From Eledone cirrhosa (taxonomy: Eukaryota), in assembly GCA_964016885.1 (NCBI GenBank), contig OZ024747.1, forward strand, positions 13,826,001-13,890,000: a DNA stretch of 64,000 nucleotides, given 5' to 3'. This document shows positions 53,391 to 64,000 of this stretch, piece after piece. Position 1 is the stretch's first letter, and every line of letters begins with the position of its first letter. The notes beneath the pieces are model-generated. The model was not told the origin of the DNA. It worked only from the letters and a program-made list of their open reading frames with translations, and ran no database searches. The translations under genes were made by a program, and so were the position numbers.

Positions 53391-55269
53391 AAATCTTGTG
53401 GTACATCAGTACCCTATAACAGAGAAGTTGACATTTCAGCAGCAGCAGCTACCTGTATGTTATAAACTCTTAACTTTACAATGGTAGGTGCTTATTTTTT
53501 AATATCTTTTTAACTTATTTTTGCTAAGTTAATTGTAGTTGAAAGCTGTGTAAAACTGTAGGTGTACACATACACACACAAATGGAGGAACAATATAATA
53601 GTATTCTGGTAATGTTTGAGTTTCAAAAGCTCCTAGTGGAAGTAAGCTGCAGAAGAGAAAGATCAAGGCAGACTTGGGGGCAGAAGTGGTGAGGACTGAT
53701 CTCACAGAGATGACAACAAAGTGTGGTAGGGCGAACTGTGCTGGAGGTAACCCATCAACCGATGCAAGCCTGGAAAAGTTGTCCTATGATGATAATTATG
53801 ATGAATCTATTCTATTGAGATCTCTTATTTGGATCAATCAATAAATCAATCCATGAAATAGCTTTAGATTTAGCTTACATTTTGATTTTCTTTTCTTTTT
53901 ATCTATATTGTCTTGTCTAATCCATTTTTGTTTATCATAACTTTTTTTTTTACCTGTTGTTTTGTATATTTTTGCCTAAGCAGTGCTTGATAAATAACTA
54001 TTTACCAGTTATTAATGAGGGATTCTTTTAAAAAATGTTGGTGATTGTTTAATTTCTTGAGAAGATGGCTGTATTTGTTAAACATATAATGGGAAAAGAA
54101 ATATTGATTGGATGACAAATTATTTTAGTTCAGTTTTGGTTGGTAACAAAACATGTTTCAAAAATGAATTCCCTCAAAATGTTTAACTTTTTTTAAAATG
54201 ATTTGAAAATTATAGGCAGTATTTTTCAAGAAATATGGTAACAAAAGGGTTAAACTTGTGGTATTGATTTCACATACTTGCACACATTACTGATTCCTCA
54301 ATTAACAAATTTGATCTTGAAAGAATATACTGTGAACTGTATTTACAGTTTGCACAAGTAACTGAACCACAGGCATAAACATGTTAATAATACCAACAAA
54401 TTCGAGATATGCTCTGCTCATTAAAGGGGATTTGTTGTTAAGTAAATTGTAACTTGAAACTTCCCATGGAAATAAATATAGCAAAATATATAAAAAATCT
54501 TGTAATAGAAAGCAGTTATTATCTTAACCTTTTGATACTGACACACACAAAACTGCCTCTGGTTTTATGATGCACAGATATTCATTTTAAAATGTTCATA
54601 TTTAAATTAAAACTTTTCAACATAATTTTATTTAAGACATTTTTTTTATTATGTAATGTTTCAAACAATTACTTATATAAAGGTTATTTATCTCATTGAA
54701 TTCTTCAAAATTTCAAAATTAATTTATATACAAGGCAGTGTATTTCTTAGAAGTAACAAATGGGTTATAGACTTAAGTGTTTCTCAGATTGGTGCGGTGT
54801 CATTAAATATATCTATGACAGGAAACAGGATTTGGACTCGGAAGGCACAGAACTGGAACAGATATTGCAAAATATCTCATCTGGCTTTTTAACAATTCTG
54901 TCTGTCCATAGTCCCTGGACTGACTGGTACTTTATTTATTGACCTCAAAAGGATGAAAGGCAAAATTGACCATGGATGTGTTTGAACTCAGAGTACAGAA
55001 AACCAGAACAAATCTGAGGCATTTAATCTGATGCTCATGGCCTGCTGAGAAAATAATATCTCTATATTTTGGGATATTATCTTGATCCTGTTTGTGCTGT
55101 TCATACAGTTAGACTGTTGGTCAATCAGATAGATAAATAACAGCAGTTAACCCTTTCGATACCAACCTTCCCCATGCCATGCATTTTAAAGGGTTTCTAT
55201 TTCAATTAAAATCTTCCAAACATAATTTTACTTTTGTTAAGTTATGTTACAAATATCATCATAATAATG

Positions 55270-55408
55270 GTTTCTTATATAGGCACAAGGCCACCAATTT
55301 GGGGGAAGGGGGAAAGTCGATTAAATCGGCACCAGTCCGTGACTGGTACTTTATTTCATTAACCCCGTAAGGATGAAAGGCAAAGTTAACCTCGGCGGGA
55401 TTTGAACT
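55270..55408 (-). mobile_element. 5'-truncated SINE A with 20-bp TSD, nested in a MITE
   Basis: CAAATATCATCATAATAATG at 55250-55269 and 55409-55428. Confidence 0.88.
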
Positions 55409-55925
55409 CAAATATCATCATAATAATGAAATAATTAAAAACTTTAGTAAATCCCTCTAAATTCTTCAATAATTAATTCAAATATAATGTATCTTATTAA
55501 AAACACAGCAACAAAAGTTAATACTGTTATTGTTAAACAGTATAACAGTTACCCAATAGAATAAATATCCACTTCAGTTTTAAATTTAGAAAGAAAAACT
55601 TGATCTATAAACATAGCCTGGCTTAACATTAACCTTTTTGTTACCATATCTCTAATGAAAAATACTGATTTTCAAATCATTTTCAAACTAACTGCTTGTA
55701 TTTGCTTTAATTCCTTTACTACTGTTTACAGATGACTAACTCTAATCTATCTTTGCTTTCTATTTTATTTCATGGTTTGTCCTATATGCCTTCTTCTGTT
55801 ATACACCTTCACAGAGACACATTCCCTTTGTGTAATTAATTGATTATGTATTCATTCACTCTACTCACTTCTGATATTGAGGTTAATGGGCTGAATGAAC
55901 AATCTCTTTGCTAACTGCATGATCC

Positions 55926-56167
55926 TTAACCCTTTCAATATCAACCTGCATGTAACTGCCCATTATGATGTGATACAAAACCACCCATTTTAAAGTGTTT
56001 GTCTTTATATTAAAACATTCCATCATAATTTTATGTAAGAACCTTTTGTTAGGTAATGTTCTAAACATTAACTTGATCATGAAAACATTAGTTATTTATT
56101 TTGATCATTTTCAAAATGATCTGAAATGCAGTGTCTTACATTGGAAATATGGTACTGAAAGGGTTAA
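55926..56167. mobile_element. piggyBac-like MITE family 1, representative copy
   Basis: TTAA-CCCTTTCAATATC ... GGTACTGAAAGGG-TTAA, i.e. TTAA TSD with CCC-starting TIRs. Dozens of diverged copies in both orientations, e.g. about 2610, 16818, 19870, 21090, 23985, 37886, 39742, 48843, 53026 and 58400. Confidence 0.8.
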
Positions 56168-59100
56168 ATCAAATTATGTTTGAGAGCAAATAGGTTTTAT
56201 GTCCTTGCTAGAAGGTTACCTTAATGATATTCAACATTTCCATCCTATTTCAAGGCTGTAATACAGTGATGTGATAGTATGTACATTTAGAAGATCATCT
56301 CATCTATAAAAATAACTGCTTCAACAGTATGCAAAACTGCTTCAAATTTGCAAATAAGCAATCCCATGGGAAAATGAGTGAAAAACAGTAACCCCGAAAA
56401 AAAAAAACCAACGACAATTCCTTCTACTTACAGGCTTTCCTCTATCTCTCCCTCTTCCTCCCACTCTAATCCATTTTCTCATGACCCACTGACTAGCTTA
56501 TTTTAAGGAGAGAGCAGTCATGTTGTAGTATTCCCATCTGCAAGCTTACTCCTCTTTTTTTTTACAGATCTACAGCTGTGTTACCATTATTACAAGACAT
56601 GTGATTTTTGTTATAGCCATTATTAGCAAATTTTGCTGGGTTGGCATCTCTTAATAAATACATGAACAACAACAATTATAATTCTTGTAGGCTTTGAAGT
56701 TGTTTTCTTTGCTATGTCTATCTTCTCATTTTCTTAACTTGTTCTTACAATCTTACACTTGTTACTATAACTCTCCCTCTGGATATAATAAATGTAAGAT
56801 TTGTGATTAAAGTAAAAAATTGTTTAGAATATGTCTTCAGATTTCCTTAACTTTCTTTATCTTACAAATCTTGCTGTTATTGTATCCAGCAATCTTTTTA
56901 CTAGTGAAAGCACAGAACCTAGTGGTTAAGGTGTTTACTTATGATCAAAAGGTAATAAATTTAATTCCTGAACTGGTTGGTGCATTATTTTCTTGAGCAA
57001 GACACTTCATTTTATGTTACCTTTCATGATAGGACTGGGGGGCCCTATCATTAAATCACCCTAGAAACCTCATGAGATGCAACCTTATAGGGTGCCAGCT
57101 AAACCTACATATGTGTGAGCTGTAAAATAATTTTTCCTATAGAGCCTTCTTTTATTCTTTTACTATTTTCAGTTATTAGACTGTGGCCATGGTGGGGCTC
57201 TACTTTAAAAGGATTTTAGTCAATAATATTGACCCTAGTACTTATTTTTAAAAAATCTGATACTTATTTTATCAAACTCTTTTTGTTGAAGCACTAAGTT
57301 ACTGAACACAGACACAAATAAATAAGTTAACAGAAGTAGCAAATAAAAATACCAAATAGAGAGACTATTAAATGCTTTTACCCCTTCCCTTCTGTCTCCC
57401 TACCTGCTTTCACACACTTCTCATCAAGCCCTTCTCTGCATTCTCTTTATCTAGTTGTAAAGTAAATTTGAAGCCAATTTAAAATACAAGAATTGATGCA
57501 ATATGCTGTATTTAAGAAGTGAGCATTAACAGTCTGAATAAACACACATGCATATTTCTGTATTTTCCCAAACATATACATTCATAGATCTTCAAGCTTC
57601 TTTAACATGCATTCATATATATGCATACACATATACATACAGTCATATGTACACACATTCACATGCAGTTTTAATACTTTTTTGGCACATATACTCATGT
57701 TTTGACATTCTCCCAAACATATATACATACATAGGCATACAATACTCGTTTTACACATGCACACATACATAAGCAGTCATATGCATATATGCAGCTCTAG
57801 TACTTCTTTTATGCATACACATATACACATATACATATATACATATTATCATCACATGCATTTTTATATACACACACATCCAATTCTAATACTTGTTTTC
57901 ACACACATATGCACACACTAATAAATTGTTCTATATCATGAAAACATTTACTGTAATTGCTTTACACATACACACAGACACAAATTGTTCCATATTATGA
58001 AAACAACTACTGTTAATAACATATTTATGTGCATTAACTGTATAATCTTGCTATGAAATAATAGGGGAGTGTCATTCTGCAGCAAAACTTTAAATGGTTT
58101 AAATGTATAAATATGTTATTAACATTAAAAATGCTTTAATCGTATGGAACTGTTGGGTAATTATGATGTATATCACCATCTAGTTTTTCATACAGTTGTA
58201 TAAAAACATTGTCACTTTTACATGTTTGCTCATACACACACAGTCTCCCATACTCACATGTGCATGTGTGTAAGCCCATGCTCACAAACATAAGCACACT
58301 ACTCTCTCTTCCGTCCCACCTCCACACATACACATATACTCTGGAAGCTTGAGGCCTGTCTTGTTAGCTCTATCTTTTTATTGTTAATATAAGCTGTAAA
58401 TTTTTTCAGTACCGAACCGCCTAAGACTGCCAATGATTCTATGATATAAAATCTCTCATTTTGCATTGTCTATATTTATCTAAAAATCTTCCTTCATAAG
58501 TTTATGTAAGAACCTTTGTTAAGCTATATTCCAAACACTAGTTTAATAATGAGAAAATTAGATATTTTGTTAAATCCATCTAAATTCTTTGTTATTTTGA
58601 AAATCATTTGAAACACGTGAGTGTCTTTCATTAGAAATATGGTGATGAAAGGGTAAAAACCATTATTTTTCATTACAGCTCTGTAATCATCTAACCATCT
58701 CTTGTGAACCTCAAACATGAGCACATGCAAGCAACCCACACACATAAACACACTTACCTACTCTTACATACACATACACTCATCACAGAGACTTGAATAT
58801 AAATGTACACATCCTTACTTGAACAGCTACACATGCAAAAATATACATATACCTAAAACATTTTTGACATCCTAAAGAATTTCTTTCATCCAAGTAAGAA
58901 AGACCCAGAAAAAAACCCAAAACAAAACAAATGTAAAAAATATTTTTGGGGGTTTCTGTGGGTGACGTAAAAAGGTAAAAGAAAAAGATAATTACAAAGA
59001 ATTATAAACTGTCAACAATTCTTTAAACAGCCTCCACCCCCTGTCGACACTCCCTCTTTTCATTTTTTTAGATATTACTATTATTATTGTTGTTTTTCGT

Positions 59101-61858
59101 CTAAGACTTTTGAGGTTTTCATTTCCTTTATTAGTTTGTTTGGTTGTTCTTTTACTGTTATTAACAGCAGCTTCTCTTTGAGTTCTGTTGAAGTTTTACC
59201 TTCTATTCTTTTACTTTATATCACTACAACCATCTCCCCCTTCATTGCAATAACTTTCTGAATCCAATTTGCACAGCCATTATACCATATCCAGCATTTT
59301 CCACATGCAGTATTACCACACTTTGTCATCATATACACCTATTACTGCATGTCTCTCACATACCCCACAAAATATGCATAGCCAAAGTACCATTGATTCT
59401 TTTCCCTTTTGCAAGAAAGAAAAAATTATTTTCTTCCTCTAGTGTATGTATTTTAGTTTTTTCATTAGTTGGCTAGCGATGCACCATTTTCTCATCTTAT
59501 TATTTCTAAAAAGCAAAAGTTGTGTCTGTGTATGTATGTATATGTGAGTGTGTGTTTTGTTATATGGGTATATATTCAGACATGTTAAATATGTTTATGA
59601 GTATACATGACTAGGACTATTAATTGCCTTAACTAAAACTCAAACAAGTCTACACCAAACCCATGCTGTTCATGAACTGTGAAATCATGTACATTGTGCA
59701 AATATTAAATGCATCCAAATTCTTGATTAGTTTTCAAAATTATTTGAAAATCATGGGTAATGTTTTTCAATAGAAATATGGTAAGGAAATGATTAAATCT
59801 ATTCAAGTAGAGTTGACCAGACTCATCTATCAGAGCAAAAATGAAAAGATTAAATGTTTCTGGTGTGAGATGTTCATAAAATATCTGATGGAAATTTGGG
59901 GATATTTTCAAAATTTATTAAAACGCAGGCTGTGTATTTCATTAGAAATACAGTACTGAAAGGGTTGAATACAATTTTTTTTATTTTTTACCTTAACTGA
60001 TTTTAGTCATTGGGCTGGTTATGTTGGGTCACATGTTTCAATGGCATAATCAGTTACTAACTGGTTTTGTTCAACCTAGGGAAAAATATCAACTACTGAC
60101 ACCAGAACTAGACTGGCACTGATTTTGTTAAAACATGGAAAAATGAAAGGCAAAGTTTTCCTAGACAGGGTTAACTCAGTATTTAAAGGGATATAACACA
60201 ATATCACAAGGCATTTTATTTGAAACCCTGATTCTGTTGTCCACTGTCCTATGTAAAAGCTACAGACCTACCGATGGTTATCAAACTACATATCTATCAC
60301 TTGCTGAGTGATCATATTACTGATTACACTAAAGTGCATCAGTCACTTTCTAATGTACCGGAAAGGTTAATGCAAGTATATTGAGATAGAAACTGTATGA
60401 AATACTATATAACCCTTTAGCATTTACATTACTCTATATATACTATTATATTGTCATGGTAAAGGCTTTAACTCATAATTATCTCACATAATATTGAATC
60501 TATGAGGTTTTGATATTATTTATTTTAAGACCAATACCGTAACATCTGTATAAGTGGTCGGTTATGGCCGGTTTGAACAGAAAGAGGTGAGAGAATTCTA
60601 GCTGCATATGGCTGGTTTAAATGCTAAAGTGATAAAGTTGAGATGATTATGCTGGGTTGGTTATTGAATGCAAATGCATAGTACCTATCTTCTCATGCTA
60701 CTAACATAAATTTTGATATATTTTAATAATCTTTATGTCTGTTTACTTACATTACTAATTCTATTGATATGGTATGTTTGCTGTAACATCTGCTATATCA
60801 AAACAGTTGCAGTGTCGTCTGCATTTCATATGTTATTAATATAGGTCAGTGAAAACAGTTGTCATCTCTTACTTTGCAATGTCTTTATATTCTGACATCC
60901 TTGGAAGAAAGTAAACATATTATTGTCAGGAATATAACAGAAACTAACCCAAATGACATGATAGTAGTGCTAATAGTAATAAGAAATATGTTACTATTCC
61001 TGTCACTAATACAAATGTGTTACTAATACTGAAACGGTGTTAGATCAGCTGTGTTATTGTATTATTAATAGTTACACTATTCTACTAATGATATCTTGTT
61101 TGTTAGTTATACTATGTTAAATTTAATCACTGTCTTTTATATACCCTGTCTCACTGATTTTATACTATTATATATATATATATATATATATGTATGTAAG
61201 TGTGTGTATATATATATATACACACTTATACTATGTTGTAACTGTTATATCAACTATGCTACTAATGTTATTGCCTTATATCTGATAGAAATAATAATAA
61301 TGATTAGTGGTGGGGGTAGTGATAATAATTTTAAGAAGAATACACATTCTGGAGAAATAAGCATTGTTTCAATATGGAATGTCTAAGCTCTCTACTCACC
61401 TTGTGTCCCCTCTTGAGGTAATTTTTTGTATTTCTTTCCACCCCTCTTTAAGTCTCTGTAAAGTACTTGTCATTTGTTCAAAAATGTCAGTGTATGATAC
61501 TTGATGACTGGGGGTGATGCTGGATGAGGTGGATGGAATGTTTGTTTCTTTACACTTAATGTCCTGTACCACATGAAACCACATTGGCAAAACATTCTTC
61601 AAAAGTACAAATGATCCCCTATGACTTAGACCACATTAAAAATTGTCTTTTTTTCTAATGCAAATTTTTCCAACAATCTCTCCTCCAAAAGACATTTGAA
61701 TCAACAAACCCATTTTTATATTTTCTCTGCTAAATCATTGCAGGATGTTAACAGTTAACTTTAAATAATTTAATTGATAATGTAACACTAATATAATTAT
61801 TAGTACTATTAAAGGTGAAGAGTTGGCAGTATTGTTAGTTTTGGGTAAAACACACACA

Positions 61859-61992
<134 letters not shown>

Positions 61993-62523
61993 CACATATA
62001 TGTGTATATATATAATATCTTTGAGGGTCTGTAAAGGCCATGGGAACTACTCCTTCCTCTAGACCTACCAGTTAAAAAAGTACAATCATACACACACATA
62101 TGTTAGTGGTCTTTCTTGACAGTTGAATATTGTCATAGTCTTCATCACAAAGATGTAATATTGTGGTGGGTCTAATGTACAGCTTGTGTGTATGTAGCAC
62201 CTTTGTATGAAGATATCTGTCTATTCTCTAGCTTGTATGTCCTTCCTAGTGTGGATCTATTTTTGTGTGTGCCTTACTATATGTGTATTGGAATTACATG
62301 TGTGTATATTTGTGTGTATGTGTGCAGCATGGGTATAAACCTATATGTAGATTATGCACCTCTCCTTGCAACTAAATTCAATTTATTTTAAGTATTTATT
62401 TATTTGATTAATTATTTATTTGCAAAACCATTTTGTTAGCTTGATTTTATTTTTAATGCACCACCATGAGCTCTTTTGTTGCCACTGCTTTTGTATGCTT
62501 ATTTTTTTCTTTCATGCTTTTAG

Positions 62524-62871
62524 ATCTGATCACAAGTACACCTATTAATGGGGAGGTGCCACACAATCCCTCCCTAAACAACACACCTGTGTTACCTAAC
62601 ACTTTGCCCAGGAGCAAGCCTGTAGGAATGGTCAAATGTGTTGACCACAATGTTACCAAAGATTCAAGTGACACTCCTGTTAAGGCTGGTGAGGCGACTA
62701 CTCCCTCTCTACAACGAAAGCACAGCTTGCATGGGGTCCCTGCAAAGTCTGTTCAAAACAAACCCCCCGCACAGAAACCTCTTAGTCCCGTCAAGGGAAT
62801 TGCTCGGAGTGCGAGCGTTCAAGGGACGCCGTCAGAAAGTAATGGTGGTGGTGTTGTGGAGAAGACCTCAG
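62524..62871 (+). CDS. WDR47: WDR47 downstream coding exon (low-complexity linker)
   Basis: Strong pyrimidine tract and TTTTAG|AT, open frame (D)LITSTPINGEVP...VVEKTS, donor CAG|GTAGGT. 348 nt, phase 1 to 1, compatible with the exon ending at 15928. Assignment to WDR47 rests on position and phase. Confidence 0.8.
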
Positions 62872-64000
62872 GTAGGTTATCATGTTAACCTAATTCTGTC
62901 TGATGAGTGAACTCTGTAAGATTGGGTTAAGTCAGTGGTAAAAAGAATCACCGCAATCCTGGTTAGAGGCAGCCATTTGGCAGAGTTGTTAGAACGTTGG
63001 ATAGAATGCTTTGCAGCATTCGTTCTGGCTTTCTGAGTTCAAATCCTGCCACAGTCAACTTTACCTTTCAACCTTTCATGGTTGATAAAAAAAAAAAAGT
63101 ACCAGTTCGATACTGAGGTCGATTCTTCCTCTATATCTCTTTCTCACTTCCTCTCTCTCTCACTCTCTCCTTTTCCTCTTCTCCTCTTCCTCCTCTGGAA
63201 GAAATTGGCTGTGTTTAGACCTGGAGAGGTGATGCGCTCCACCAGATTTAAAGTGCTCAAGGTATGCAGTATATTACAACAGTTCCCCAATGACTCCATC
63301 AGAAGTTATATCTCAGTCCATACTTACAATCCTGGTTAAATTTGTAAAATTAGTAAATTTTCTCTTTTGTGAAATTCTCAAACTCTTCCATGATTATTTT
63401 TTTTCACTTTAAATAATTGAACTCCTTATAACAATTTTTTTTTTTTTAAATTCAATTACTAGTTTCAGTCAGTAGACTGCCACCATGCTGGGGCTCCATT
63501 TTAATAGGATTTAGTCAATCATATCGACCCCAGTACTAGATTTCTTTTTTTTTTCAAATCTGGTACTTATTTCATCAGTCTCTTATACAACTTCTAAATT
63601 ATGGAACATAAACAAAACAGTACATGTAAACACACACCACACACTCATACACGTGCACACCACACATATATTTGGTGGGCTTCTTCAAAGTTTCTGCCTA
63701 CCAAATTTGGTAGTATTGGCCAACCCAAAGCTATAGTAGAAGACAATTACCCAAGATGTCCTGCAGTAGGACTGAATTTGAAACCAATCAATGGAATAGA
63801 TCCAAAAGAAACATCAGGAATCATATATAAGAAAAACCTCCTAGTACTATTATGTTTTATGCTCCTTTTTCTTCTCAAAATTATGATTTGGTGGACACAT
63901 TAGTAAGGCAGCAAATTGAGCCACCAATGAAAGGAAAAGTGCTAATCAGAAGATCAGTCCAAGGAACCAATGTTTCCAATGGTTATTCAATTGCTGATGT

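Noticed and set aside
56568-56600. 33-nt phase 1-1 microexon after a strong T-tract and CAG
   Set aside because: The only in-phase donor, CAT|GTGATT, is weak; strong acceptor-like tracts are common by chance in this DNA.

Overview
AT-rich, microsatellite- and repeat-dense animal genomic DNA. The SINE and MITE landscape suggests an octopod cephalopod (inference). Two genes lie head-to-head. The first is a complete 7-exon EEFSEC (selenocysteine-specific elongation factor) on the minus strand: CDS 13121 down to 4495, 553 aa by my exon assembly, all introns GT-AG and in phase. The second is the 5' part of WDR47/nemitin on the plus strand: a 1549-nt LisH/CTLH coding exon at 14380-15928, a ~46.6-kb intron, then the next clear exon at 62524-62871; the WD40 repeats must lie beyond the window. 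The most notable unannotated signals are: (1) two paralogous 123-nt box C/D RNA-like elements in a single EEFSEC intron, with a conserved long internal hairpin and a segment complementary to the 5' end of U4 snRNA; (2) a consensus recursive-splicing (ratchet) site YnCAG|GTAAGT, plus a frame-preserving 39-nt microexon candidate, inside the giant WDR47 intron; (3) a 3.5-kb GT-rich minisatellite with no AG on the plus strand. The rest is tRNA-derived SINEs, TTAA-flanked MITEs, a non-autonomous Helitron and 3' fragments of CR1, RTE and R4/Dong LINEs. All calls were made by eye; no searches or folding were run.
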